NCBI GenBank assembly: GCA_963841015.1
Contig: CAWJAX010000002.1
Location: 96,001 to 160,000 of the forward strand
From: an uncultured Methanoregulaceae archaeon
GTDB lineage: Archaea > Halobacteriota > Methanomicrobia > Methanomicrobiales > Methanospirillaceae
Reading direction: 5' to 3'
Length of the DNA stretch: 64,000 nt
Under the pieces are notes generated by a model. It saw nothing but the letters and a program-made list of their open reading frames with translations. It was not told the origin of the DNA and did no database searches. The translations under genes were made by a program, and so were the position numbers. This document shows positions 33,653 to 44,460 of this stretch, one piece after another. Each line of letters opens with the position of its first letter. Within the stretch, counting starts at the first letter, position 1.

Positions 33653-33654
33653 TC

Positions 33655-34405
33655 ATGGACATCGTTTACACGATCTGGCTCCGGAATATGAAACGCTTCC
33701 TCCGGTCAAAGAGCCGGATCATTGGCAGCATCGCGATGCCGCTCTTCTTCCTGCTCTTTTTAGGAGTCGGCCTGAATGCTGTCGTACCAGCTGCCCGGCC
33801 TGGGGGAAAACTACATCGTGTTCCTGATACCGGGTATGATCGCCATGAGCGTGCTGTTCACCTCTGTTTTTTCCGGGATCCAGGTCATCTGGGACAAACA
33901 GTTCGGGTTTTTGAAAGAGACACTTGTTGCACCGGTCTCACGGCTTGAGATCATGTCAGGACAGACCCTTGGCGGGGCAACCACTGCCGTCATCCAGGGA
34001 TCCCTGATCCTTGTCCTGTCAGTTTTGGTCGGGTTCCCGATAGCAAACCCGGCCGGTTTTCTCATAGCTCTTGCATTCATGGTCCTGATCGGTATATCGT
34101 TCACCGCGTTTGGCATTGCAATTGCTTCACGCATGGAAGATATGACCGGTTTCCAGCTCATCATGAATTTTGTCGTCTTCCCGATATTCGGCCTGTCCGG
34201 GGCACTCTTTCCCATCAGCTCTTTGCCGGCGTGGATGATCCCGCTTACCCTGCTCGATCCCCTGACGTATGGGGTGGAGGGGATCCGTTACGGTCTTACC
34301 GGTGTATCACAGATTAATCCGCTTGTCTGTGGTGCGGTCATCGGGGGGTTCACCATGGTGATGACAATCCTTGGGGCATTCCTGTTCAGGAAAATCAGGA
34401 TCTGA
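33655..34405 (+). CDS. ABC-2 exporter permease (DrrB-like)
   Basis: WDKQFGFLKETLVAPVSR, SGALFP, PLTYGVEG; indel near 33785. Confidence 0.9.
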
Positions 34406-34629
34406 AAAGAAGGTTTTATTCTTAACAGCTTGGCAATCGTTCTTTTCAGGAGAAGGATGTGTTCATGGAAAAAGGAGAATGCCCTTCTTTGTTTTTTCAC
34501 CATAACCGGGTGAATTGCATTGTACCAGGAATCCCATAAATGGCCGTAATTTCAATTCTGCAGCATATAACTGCGAATTTTTTTGTAGTCAAGGGCTGTT
34601 TAATTAGGGGATACATCACAACTACCTGC

Positions 34630-35460
34630 ATGCAACCAGAAAAGAAGACCGAAAAGATCCCTCTTCTTCCCGTTCTTGCAGGGGCTTTGATACTCATCCC
34701 CTTCCTCCTTGTCGCAGGGTGCACAGGGGAGACACCTGAACCCCGGCTGAGCGGAACCGGATGGACCCTTACGGGCTATGTCCCCGATGGCACACTTATA
34801 CCTGCCCTCACAACGACAAAAGTCACCCTCGATTTCGGTAAGGATGGTCAAATCACCGGTACGGCCGGGTGTAACCGCTACTTTGCCTCCTATGAGGTGA
34901 AAGGCACAGCGATCACTATCGGTCAGGCAGGATCTACCCTGATGTACTGCGGTGAACCGGGCGTGATGGACCAGGAGAGTGCCTACCTTGCCCTCATCGG
35001 TAACGCAAAGACTGTTGGGATCGATGGTGACCGGCTCACCATGGCAGATGCGAAGGGTACACCAATCCTCATATTTACAAAGACCGTTCTGCCAGCGCAG
35101 GAACCCCTTGTCGGTACCAACTGGATCCTGGAATCCTTCCATACTGCAGATGCAGTATCCTCGGTTCTCGCCGGGACATCCATCACCGCAGTCTTTGGTC
35201 CGGATGGAACTGTGTCTGGTTCAGCCGGGTGCAACCGTTATTTCGCCTCATATACCATGACCGAAACATCGCTTTCGATCGGCACGGTCGGGTCAACCAA
35301 AATGGCCTGCGGAACACCGGGCATGATGCAGCAGGAAAGTACCTACCTGTCGCTCCTCAGCCAGACAAAGACCTACACCATCAGGGGTGACCAGCTCACC
35401 CTGGCAGACGCGAAGGGCACACCCATCTTATCGTATGCAAAATCGGTCCTGCCCGCATAA
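34630..35460 (+). CDS. Lipoprotein with two META (HslJ-like) domains
   Basis: VAGCTG lipobox; twice GxAGCNRYFASY...STxMxC...QES. Confidence 0.9.
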   Translation: MQPEKKTEKIPLLPVLAGALILIPFLLVAGCTGETPEPRLSGTGWTLTGYVPDGTLIPALTTTKVTLDFGKDGQITGTAGCNRYFASYEVKGTAITIGQAGSTLMYCGEPGVMDQESAYLALIGNAKTVGIDGDRLTMADAKGTPILIFTKTVLPAQEPLVGTNWILESFHTADAVSSVLAGTSITAVFGPDGTVSGSAGCNRYFASYTMTETSLSIGTVGSTKMACGTPGMMQQESTYLSLLSQTKTYTIRGDQLTLADAKGTPILSYAKSVLPA

Positions 35461-35593
35461 ATAAAGATACAAGACGGTTGTGCGTTGAACCAGCGAAACG
35501 CATATTACTCCACAATGATATCATCAGACTATCCCTGTTGGGATATGGTCAGGAGATGAACAAAAAATGAAGAAAACCCATGAAAAAGAACAT

Positions 35594-35800
35594 ATGGCCG
35601 TTGCCAAGGTAGTCGAGTTAATCGGCAGTTCACCCGACGGTTGGGAAGCCGCAACCGCAAACGCCGTGGAGGCAGCAGCCCAGACCATCCGGAATATCAA
35701 GGGTGTAGATGTCAGGCGATGTACAGCAAAAGTAGAGAACAACAAGATTGTGGAATATCGTGCTGTGGTGAAAATCGCTTTCATCGTGGAGAGAGAATAA
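35594..35800 (+). CDS. Dodecin-family flavin-binding protein
   Basis: AKVVELIGSSPDGWEAA...IVEYRAVVKIAF. Confidence 0.9.
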   Translation: MAVAKVVELIGSSPDGWEAATANAVEAAAQTIRNIKGVDVRRCTAKVENNKIVEYRAVVKIAFIVERE

Positions 35801-35890
35801 TCCCCTCTTTTGGATTTTTTTTGGGGGCTGTCCTTTTGTCTTCCCTTCAAATCCTTATCCTGCCGTGCTCGTGACCGATCATCGGGAAAC

Positions 35891-37060
35891 TTAGTCCAGA
35901 TCATACTTATCTGATATCTTTGAGAGTTCCACACGGTAACTCTGGTTCAGGCTTCCTCCCATCTGCTCGAGTTGCTTCATTCTCCTTGCATCACCATATT
36001 CAGTACTCACATCCAGGACTTTTTTTCCTCCAATCAGGTGGATGACACGCGGATTTTGTGATATACTGAAACCGCCATAACCGGCATCAGGTTCATAGGT
36101 TATGATGGTCGGTCGAGTTGTCTCGATATAGGCATAGCCGGTATCATAAAAACTATACCGTGAGGAAGATTTCACCCCAACCGCCATGTGGCCGGGAAAT
36201 TCGAATAACACGGTTTCATACCCCAGTTCATTCAGGATATACGCCAGCAGGATCGACTTGTCTGCTGCTGATCCCTCATTGTTATGCAGGATTTCATAAG
36301 GAAAGTACCAATCTGTTTGCGTCCTGACATACCTGTTCCCGTTGTTCGGAATACGCTGGACCAGGCTTATGGCAATCTTTGCCTGGTCATCGCCCGTGAC
36401 TGATCGTTTGCGGATCATGTCAATGAAGGGCAGCATAAATTCATTCTGGACCGTATTTTCCAGAAGGTCCATGATCACCCCGTTATCAGGATCGTAGTAA
36501 AAGGAATGGCTCTTGCCGGAGAAAAAATCCGATAAACCGCCAAATGTTGTAAAGCTCAGGGATCTCCGGTTACCCTCAATAAAATATGAGAACGAGGTGG
36601 TCTTTGGCGATCGCAGGTAATCCACCTCGGAAAGGGTTGTTACCAGGGGGGCTGGGCTCTGGGGTGCCAGAGAGGGAGAAGACTGGACGGGAACCTCACT
36701 GGTGACAGCGGGAGGAGAAATTATTGGGGAAGGTACACTCAGGGAGGGAAGAACCTGGGAGAGAAAAAGCAGAACTGCTGCCGCCACCACGATGATTATC
36801 ACACCAAAGAGTATCCGAAGAGACGGCCGGGGAATTTTTTTTGCCGGTTTTTTTTCCCGCTGGTAGGTGTGGGGTGTTTTCCAGTAAGAAAGAGTGAGCT
36901 TGCCCTGGTCCACCGTGTACTGGACCAGATAATCGTAGGGATCACCGTAAAAAACAGTTTTATAGGTATTCCTGACCCATCGCTGTGGTTTTGAGTCCTC
37001 TTTCACCCAGTCAGGCAGATCACGATACCTGACCGGTTCCCAATCGTCAGCGTGCGTCAT
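35891..37060 (-). CDS. Membrane-anchored transglutaminase-like protein (catalytic Cys apparently lost)
   Basis: PYEILHNNEGSAADKSILLAYIL..LGY, HMAVG, YIETT; the usual GxCxDK reads GSAADK. Confidence 0.7.
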   Translation of the reverse strand: MTHADDWEPVRYRDLPDWVKEDSKPQRWVRNTYKTVFYGDPYDYLVQYTVDQGKLTLSYWKTPHTYQREKKPAKKIPRPSLRILFGVIIIVVAAAVLLFLSQVLPSLSVPSPIISPPAVTSEVPVQSSPSLAPQSPAPLVTTLSEVDYLRSPKTTSFSYFIEGNRRSLSFTTFGGLSDFFSGKSHSFYYDPDNGVIMDLLENTVQNEFMLPFIDMIRKRSVTGDDQAKIAISLVQRIPNNGNRYVRTQTDWYFPYEILHNNEGSAADKSILLAYILNELGYETVLFEFPGHMAVGVKSSSRYSFYDTGYAYIETTRPTIITYEPDAGYGGFSISQNPRVIHLIGGKKVLDVSTEYGDARRMKQLEQMGGSLNQSYRVELSKISDKYDLD

Positions 37061-37495
37061 TTTTCAGCGAACCCCGCCGGATTTTTTCCCCTGTAAAACC
37101 TGGGCAAAGAAAATCAGTACTTTGTTATGTAGTAGGATGATAACAGCGTCCGGATAAAAAAACTGTTTGGTTCGTGGTTGCCGGCCAGATATGCCTCCCG
37201 GCACGTATGCCTTCGTTACTGCACCCACACGGTTCCCTGACGAATTCTCCCCCTTTTAAAAAATCCCTTCCCTCGAGAAATGACCACGCACCAGATCGCC
37301 TGCATAATTTTTACCCGTGTCCTGGTATTCCCCATAAAAAGTATACAGAATACCTCCACCATCCCTGCTCCGGTAGTTTTTGTTTAAAAAAAAATACCTC
37401 CTCCCTGGTTCTGATATGAAGATTAGCAACCATGACCACAAACCACTTGGCACCTTGCGTGCAACCTGTTCCGCAATACGTTCAGGTTTTTTAAA

Positions 37496-38594
37496 ATGAA
37501 CACATCTGATTCCCAATGCGGAGAGGCGCATTCCTATACCCTGAAACAGCTTGGCTGGACAGAAGAACATACGCAGGCATTTTCAAAATATACCGGACCT
37601 TACGTGCCCGGTCGCGTGGCCTGCCGGCAAAAAACCGTCTGGGATGTTTTTATCGAGGGGGGATCTGTTACCTCCGGGATTTCCGGAGCCCTGAGAAAGC
37701 TCGGCCGCTTTCCCGCAGTGGGCGATTTTGTCGTGCTGCTTCACCAGCCGGAAGCCGGCTCCTCGACTATCGTTGATATCTTACCGCGGAAATCTGTATT
37801 CACGCGGGGAACTTCCGCAAAAGAAGGCACAGACCAGGTCATTGCGGCTAACATCGATATCGTGTTTATTGTCACTGCAGCCGGTCATGACCTCAACGCA
37901 CGGAGGATCGAACGATACCTTGCGATCGCCCATGCGTCAGGTGCAAAACCAGTGATCGTGATCAATAAATCCGATCTTACGGACGACCCTGCACTGCTGA
38001 CTGATGAAATTATCCCGGTTGCATCCGGTATTCCGGTTATACCCATTAGTGCCATCAGTGGTGATGGGATCCCCCGGCTCGAACCATTCCTTACCCCAGA
38101 GACAACAATCGTACTCATCGGTTCATCCGGTGTCGGCAAGTCTACGCTGATCAACCGGTTGCTGGACCGGCCCATCCAGGAAACTTCCGTTATCCGGGAC
38201 TATGACGGGAAAGGCCGGCATACAACGACCGTACCGGCAGCTCTTCATTATGAAGAGCGGGGCACTCATGATCGATAATCCCGGGCTTCGGGAGGTTGGA
38301 ATTGGCACGGCATCAGCCGGGATTGGCGAAACATTTCCGGATATTCTAAAACTTGCAACCGGATGCCGGTTCTCGGATTGCCGGCACGAGCAGGAGCCGG
38401 GCTGTGCTGTGCAGGAAGCAGTGAAGAGTGGAACACTTTCTTCACCCCGGTTGGAAAATTATCACCGGCTCATGCGGGAACTTGCATTCGAGCAGGAGAA
38501 AGCCGAGATCGGGCTTGTGCGGTCCGAACGAAAGCGGTGGAAAGGTATCACAAAACTCGCAAAGGAGATCTCTAAAAGGAAAGGGGATTTTTAG
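37496..38594 (+). CDS. rsgA: Ribosome small subunit-dependent GTPase A
   Basis: Circularly permuted NKSD, GSSGVGKS, GRHTT, DNPG; CRFSDCRH..EPGC zinc site; indel near 38232. Confidence 0.9.
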
Positions 38595-38673
38595 AGCATC
38601 CAGGTATGTTTCATTTTTGATGAGAATCACAATCCATTGTGTGGTATTTTAAAAAAAACAGGTATCTTAAAAA

Positions 38674-39705
38674 TCAGTATTTCTTTGAGAGAACCACAAA
38701 CCCGAGTACGAGTGCTCCCAGTACCACCATTGTGTCGAGAGGTGAAGCCTGGGTTGTCGTGGTCGGCCAGGGCGTCGGTACCTTTTTCGTGCTGGTTCTC
38801 ATGACGGTAGTTGTGGGACTACCTGCAGGCCGGCTGGTGGCAGCAGCGGTCTGAACTGCACCGAGGTCTGCATTCACCTGTATCGTTGTTCCGCTTTTGA
38901 CAATTACGCGTTCGGACCAGTCTCCGTAGCCGGTTTTTGAGATCAGTACCATATGATATCCCGGTGAAACATCGTCTACGGTATAGGGTGTTATTCCCAC
39001 GTATACCGAATCCAGGGAGATCTTGGCACCGGAAGGACTTGAGGTGATTTCAATACTGCCGGCCTGATCGGTCACGATCTCAAACCGCAGATCACATTCA
39101 ATGGTACCGAGAGGATCCACAACACACACCTCATAGGAATCAGGAGTCGTGTCGGCAAGATCAATTTTTCCCAGGATTTTTGTCGAGGTCTGTGAGGTGA
39201 TATCCGCGGTAATGTTGGTACGGCCCGCTTTACGCAGGTACATACTATCAATATCTGCCAGACCCGTACCCACAACAGTAACGATACCGGTGGAATTCGC
39301 CTGTGCACTTGTGGGGGATATCGACGTCAGCGTGATCGCGTTTTTTATCGTAAATCCATCGTACAACACCGCTTCCTGCAGATCCCGGTTTCCCACAACG
39401 ACATCCCACTCTCCTGCAGTAGCGCCGGAAATGGGAAACGTACAGGTAAGCGAGGTATTTGAATATGCAGTGACCGTTGCCGAAATATTTGCTTCTCCGG
39501 CCTTCATAAGCCGGACTTTTCCGAGACTTGTGGTTACATTCAGTCCCGTACCGTTTATAACAACACCTCGTACCGACGCCCCGTTATACCCGTACGCCGG
39601 AGTAACGGAGGAGATGCCTGGCGTATCAAGTGCTGACACCGGTACTGTAACGGAAAGTAGCAGTACTATCCCTATCATGCACAGCAGGAAAAATTGTTTT
39701 TTCAT
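38674..39705 (-). CDS. Surface protein: signal peptide, 2 IPT/TIG-like domains, PEGA domain, Thr-rich linker, C-terminal TM anchor
   Basis: ISSVTP/LTSISP; ITSSPSGAKISLDSVYVGITP; QASPL-TM-KK tail. Confidence 0.85.
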   Translation of the reverse strand: MKKQFFLLCMIGIVLLLSVTVPVSALDTPGISSVTPAYGYNGASVRGVVINGTGLNVTTSLGKVRLMKAGEANISATVTAYSNTSLTCTFPISGATAGEWDVVVGNRDLQEAVLYDGFTIKNAITLTSISPTSAQANSTGIVTVVGTGLADIDSMYLRKAGRTNITADITSQTSTKILGKIDLADTTPDSYEVCVVDPLGTIECDLRFEIVTDQAGSIEITSSPSGAKISLDSVYVGITPYTVDDVSPGYHMVLISKTGYGDWSERVIVKSGTTIQVNADLGAVQTAAATSRPAGSPTTTVMRTSTKKVPTPWPTTTTQASPLDTMVVLGALVLGFVVLSKKY

Positions 39706-40058
39706 GGTAATACTCCCATCAATGATCACACAATGAAGGAATTTTGACAGGAGATCCATATATAATCAATTCATGGTTCTGGTTAGACGTTTGATAAACG
39801 GGGGATCGTGCACTTTTTTTCGTCTCAGTCCCGGTATCCTGCTTCGTCATCTTTGCATAATCCCTGCATTGAAAAACCGATATTTACCAGGTCTTTGAGG
39901 GTGATAATATCCTGTCTTCCACTCCTCAAAGAAGGCACGCTCCATTCCATTTCTTCTTTAATTCAGGGAAAAGTATCAAAAAACGATCTGTCGTAATTTC
40001 TGGCAAATTTCCTTGTGGGGCGATTTTTGTTTGTCGATCTATCCGGTTATTTTTTCAT

Positions 40059-40442
40059 TCATGGTAGTTCAAAATATTTTTTCGTATGGACACAAAAAAT
40101 TTTATTCTCATGAATCCATCGTTGTTTTTCGTGTTTCAGGAACTTTCTGATGCCGTTTTTCTCGATAAATTCCAGGTTTTCAATCATACTCATCCCATAC
40201 CTGGTTTTGTATCTTTTATCCAGATCCCTGAGTCTTTTGCAGGGATACTTTTCGCAGGTAATTGAGCAATATTTCATCCCTTTTTCTTTCAGGACTTTAC
40301 AGTGCTTAATACTACATTTCCGGCAATAACCAGAGTGGCTTTCGTCCATCCCTCTGCATCCGGGACAGGTATTTTTCTCTCTCAAATATCCTGAACAAAT
40401 GGCGCAGTTCATTCCGCAGGGCGCGATTAATCTTGTTTTCAT
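40059..40442 (-). CDS. DUF3795 family Cys-rich protein
   Basis: APCGMNCAIC...CPGC...C..C.IKHC...C.KYPC. Confidence 0.8.
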   Translation of the reverse strand: MKTRLIAPCGMNCAICSGYLREKNTCPGCRGMDESHSGYCRKCSIKHCKVLKEKGMKYCSITCEKYPCKRLRDLDKRYKTRYGMSMIENLEFIEKNGIRKFLKHEKQRWIHENKIFCVHTKKYFELP

Positions 40443-40443
40443 A

Positions 40444-41151
40444 TCATTTTACCATTGCTTTTGTTTTTAGATCTTCCGGCATTTTTTCAATGGCATAGCG
40501 CAAAGCGGTGCGGGGCATCCTGGTTTTGTTTTTCATTACATACTCAAAGACCTCGTTCTGATGCGCTTCACTGGTGGCTTTCAGCATCCAGCCATATCCT
40601 TTTTGCACCAGATCGTCGCGGTCCAACAACAAAATATCGGCTATCTCAAAAATATCCGGTAAAAATTTTCCCTGCCGTGCCGGAATTATCAGTGTTACGG
40701 CGGATGCTCTTTTAACCCAGCGATTGTCGGACCTGGCCCACTTTTTCAAATTGTTAAGATGTTCAGGATACATTTCCACAAAAGTGCCGATAGTGTGATT
40801 GCACAAGGTGTCGCAGGATGCCCAGTTGGAAACATACGTATTCACCCATTTTTCAAATACCGTAAAATCGGCTGGCTCAAAGTTTTTGCGGACAAGATAG
40901 GCAAAATGGCAGGCGATAAACGACTCTTCCATATACCCCGACTGCCACAGTTCTTCGCACAGGGCAAATACCGCCTTTTTATCCATGGCAAAAATTTCCT
41001 TATCAAACGCTTTGCAAATCCTGGTGACAACAGCTGTCTTAACCCCGTAAATTTTCACGTTTTCCTTAAAAAAATTCTGCCCCGTGGACGCGGTATGCGG
41101 GTCGCTGTTTTGTCTGAGTTCCTGACGGATTTGCCGGATGATTCCCTTCAT
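40444..41151 (-). CDS. DNA alkylation repair protein (AlkD-like)
   Basis: NWASCDTLC, WVKRAS, DLVQKGYGWMLK, RTALRYAIEK. Confidence 0.9.
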   Translation of the reverse strand: MKGIIRQIRQELRQNSDPHTASTGQNFFKENVKIYGVKTAVVTRICKAFDKEIFAMDKKAVFALCEELWQSGYMEESFIACHFAYLVRKNFEPADFTVFEKWVNTYVSNWASCDTLCNHTIGTFVEMYPEHLNNLKKWARSDNRWVKRASAVTLIIPARQGKFLPDIFEIADILLLDRDDLVQKGYGWMLKATSEAHQNEVFEYVMKNKTRMPRTALRYAIEKMPEDLKTKAMVK

Positions 41152-41516
41152 GGTTAATTTTTATCTTTCCCTTTCCACCATGTTAGTTTTTTTGGGTTAC
41201 GGGTATGGTTTTTGGCAAAACAGCCTGCTCTCTGGTGATAAAAATACGGCTATGATCGGGTATCTGGCAAAACCTGCACCAACTCCTGCCTCTGGTAGAG
41301 AGAATGACCACACCAATAAAAAAGACAATCCCTCTGGCAATTTGCCAGGTCGCTGATTTACCTGTAATCGGCGTGCAATTAGCAAAACTAAAAAATTGGT
41401 TTGATGTAGACAAGATCAGAGCACACGGAATCCTTCCTGTCGGATTACGAACCGCAATATAGATAATTGCTCCCGTTGATCAGAAAACAGAGATCGTACG
41501 CGGTTGTGAAAAAAAC

Positions 41517-41809
41517 ATGGAAAAGAGACAGTATCCGGAATACAAACGTCTGATATTCCGCATCCATGCCCTGCGGCAGATGTTCCAGCGCCGGATCTCA
41601 GATAGTGAAATTCATGAAATTCTGGCAAAGGGGTTTATCATCGAGGATTATCCTGAGGACACTCCCCATCCCAGCTGCCTTGTATCGGGCATTGTTAACA
41701 ACCGTCCAATCCATGATACAATAATGTAGACCACGAAGCAATTGTTATCACAGCATATGAGCCCGACCACGAAACCTGGTCGGGAGATTTTACCCGGAGG
41801 AGATCATGA
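41517..41809 (+). pseudogene. DUF4258 toxin-like gene, disrupted
   Basis: HALRQMFQRRIS...IIEDYPED..PSCLV..RPIH, then a shift to EAIVITAYEPD..W..F.RRR*. About 10 nt appear missing at ~41715. The stop overlaps the next ATG. Confidence 0.75.
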
Positions 41810-42048
41810 AATGTGTTATCTGTAAACACGGGCAGACGAAAGAGGGGGTGACAACCGTTACCTTCGAGCGTGACGGCCTGACCTTGGTTGTCAAGGAAGT
41901 TCCTGCCAGGATCTGCACAAACTGCGGGGAGGATTATGTTGACGAACAGGTTTCTCATGAGATCCTGGGTATCGCGGAACGCATGGCGAAGAGCGGAGCG
42001 CTGGTGGATGTCCGGAAATACGTGGCAGGATATGCCGGAACATGCTGA
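41806..42048 (+). CDS. YgiT-type zinc-finger (MqsA-like) antitoxin
   Basis: MKCVICK...VVKEVPARICTNCGEDY. Confidence 0.88.
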   Translation: MKCVICKHGQTKEGVTTVTFERDGLTLVVKEVPARICTNCGEDYVDEQVSHEILGIAERMAKSGALVDVRKYVAGYAGTC

Positions 42049-42387
42049 TACCCTCTGATTCATTGTCTGGTATTCCGAATGAAATTGTCCTTCGAAGGGT
42101 ACAAGAGAGTTTTTCCCTTTGAGGGTCCTGTTTTTTAAGAAGAGCCGATGGCGTGGGGTTTTCTCTCTGGAATTCTGCGGTAGTGCCGACAGAGGAGAAT
42201 TCCCGAAAAACCGGTTTTCTGGCAAGGATAAATACAACGCGGCGGGAACTTCCGGGAAAACCGGACTTGCAGATGAAAATTGTGGTCAAAGGAGGATTTG
42301 GGGACGGAACGTGCGGCAAAAGGGAGTCCGGCCACATTAAGGATCCAAAATCAGCGGTTGAGTACGGGGACCGGGGAAAAAAAGGGA

Positions 42388-43080
42388 CTATGAGAGAACA
42401 TTTGTTGCGGTAATCCTGGCAGGTGCAGTCTTTGTGAATGGCACGGTGACACCACCGGACGGTTTCATCACAATGTTCATTTCAGTGTTGGCAGGTACCG
42501 GGGCAACATAAAACGTAATCTCGGCCTGATCACCGGGATTCAGTGTTGTGACTTTGGCAGTGCCGGTTTTTGCGGTAAAAAAACCTGTAGAGGTCCTGGT
42601 ACTGTAGAGGAGGGGTACCGGGAAGGTACCGGGGGTAGAAAAGACAATCTGCATCTTTGTCACATCCAGTGCCGGACTGCAGGGGTCAAGACCAAGGGTG
42701 AACCTGATCTCGTCAATACCCGCGGCCGGATCCGATGCACGACCAATGACATTGCCAGTCATCCTGATGCCGGGAGCAGGCTGTTCACTGCCCGTGCATA
42801 CGGTTCTGACTGACGGGGAGGCGGGAACCGGTGCGGTATCCCGTGTCTGCGCCGGGACCGGTACGGTAACCGTTACATAGACAACCCGGGGCGTTGGCAT
42901 TGCGAGGGGGAGATGTACATTCCCAAACGGTGAACCGGATGGCGTGACCGAAGGATTGCCTTTCACACCCTCTGGAGCCGGTGGTATGGCAGGGTTGCCC
43001 GTGTCCTGCGTGGTGCATCCCGGCAAAAATACCATCGCGATAAGGAGAACTGAACAGATGAGTATTCCACAGGTGCGCAT
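42388..43080 (-). CDS. Lipoprotein with Pro/Thr linker and archaellin-like globular domain
   Basis: LPGCTT lipobox; TGNVIG...IDEIRFTLGL..SPALDVTKMQIVFST...LNPGDQ...MNIVMKPSGG resembles the archaellin C-domain. Confidence 0.6.
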   Translation of the reverse strand: MRTCGILICSVLLIAMVFLPGCTTQDTGNPAIPPAPEGVKGNPSVTPSGSPFGNVHLPLAMPTPRVVYVTVTVPVPAQTRDTAPVPASPSVRTVCTGSEQPAPGIRMTGNVIGRASDPAAGIDEIRFTLGLDPCSPALDVTKMQIVFSTPGTFPVPLLYSTRTSTGFFTAKTGTAKVTTLNPGDQAEITFYVAPVPANTEMNIVMKPSGGVTVPFTKTAPARITATNVLS

Positions 43081-43230
43081 GACTGAGGTGATATCATTAA
43101 AATGATTAATATTAATCCATCCGTCTGGTTATACCCTGTACCCTTATTATGCAAATGCCAGAGACGAATCGGCCTTTACCCGGCATATTTTCCGAAGGGA
43201 TGTGGTCGTTTCACCCTGTTCCTCCTTGTC

Positions 43231-43728
43231 TCAGATATCCACGATCTCTCCCGATCGCGTTACTGTATCGATGAGCGCTACGGTACTCCTGCCGGTCAGG
43301 TGCCCGTACACCTCGCCAGGATTCACGATGAGCAGCGACCCCTCTCTCCTGATTTCCGGGCGGTGGGTATGACCATACACCAGCAGGTCGAGCGAACCAC
43401 ACGCCGTAAGCGTCTCCGGCAGCTCCCGATCATTGCCGTGCAGGAGCGCAATCCTCATCCCTCCCAGATCGATACGGGCAAAGGTTCCCGTGATCTTCAT
43501 GGAGGGAAGCATGCCGGATTTTCTTTCAAGGAGTACCTTGTCCCCGTCATTGTTCCCGAATACCCCTGTCAGGGGTGCCTCCAGTTCTTTCAGGGAATCG
43601 ATCATGAACGGGGATATGAAATCTCCCGCGTGCAGGACATGCTCCACGCCCCGGCTGTTGAACAGTGACACGGCTTTTTTTGTCTGCACGATATTATCGT
43701 GAGTATCAGACATGACACCAATGAGCAT
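43231..43728 (-). CDS. YfcE-like metallophosphoesterase
   Basis: SDTHDN, HAGD, GNND, HG, GHTH, NPG. Confidence 0.93.
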   Translation of the reverse strand: MLIGVMSDTHDNIVQTKKAVSLFNSRGVEHVLHAGDFISPFMIDSLKELEAPLTGVFGNNDGDKVLLERKSGMLPSMKITGTFARIDLGGMRIALLHGNDRELPETLTACGSLDLLVYGHTHRPEIRREGSLLIVNPGEVYGHLTGRSTVALIDTVTRSGEIVDI

Positions 43729-43839
43729 TCTTTCCACCACGGTTCCATCGTCCGGGAAGGTGATAATTATTTGCCGAATGATTGGGACTGAATCTCCGGC
43801 TTTTAGACTCTGGCACTTCCGGAGACCACCACTCGTTTA

Positions 43840-43962
43840 TCAGAACCAGTGAAAATAAAAATAGTTCAGGATAAACGTTACAAAAATGAGGCCCACGATA
43901 ACAAAGGCACTTACGGTAATAATATCCAGTTCATCAGAAAGGAGGAACCTGCGACGCTTCAT
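43840..43962 (-). CDS. 40-aa single-TM microprotein
   Basis: MKRRRFLLSDELDIITVSAFVIVGLIFVTFILNYFYFHWF*. Confidence 0.5.
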   Translation of the reverse strand: MKRRRFLLSDELDIITVSAFVIVGLIFVTFILNYFYFHWF

Positions 43963-44141
43963 ATAAGGTAATTTTACTACAGTCATTATTTATCAACTTC
44001 CCTAAACTATGCTATGAAGGCCGATTGAGCTCTGAGCTGTTTTTATGAATACTGCCATCACCTCTGGTGGGTCCCATAATCGCATGTACCCATAACCCCG
44101 TACAACAAGCGTATTCGCAGCCTGTTCCTGATGCAGTCTTC

Positions 44142-44298
44142 CTATCTGAACACACTGATTTTCTGCAGGATATACCTGCGAACACTGGCATCTTTCTCGC
44201 CTTTAAGACGCAGTTTAAGAATGTCCAGAACCGTTTCTTCCGTCATGACGAAACGTTTCCTGGAGATCTTTCCAACCTGCTGTAAATGAGTTATCATG
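44142..44298 (-). CDS. Small basic hypothetical protein
   Basis: Part of ORF 44142-44342 (MITHLQ...MTEETVLDILKLRLKGEKD...); start uncertain. Confidence 0.35.
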
Positions 44299-44460
44299 CC
44301 AACCTTTTTTTTACGAGCAGGTATAACGAGAGAACTTCTCAATAATCTTTCCCCGTGTTATAAGATTTGTTACAAAAAATGAAAACAAATCGCGACTACA
44401 CGAGGTTCAGGACAGGCTGTCAGGGAGGGCAGGATCGCAGCCACACCCGGGTTCTGAAGT

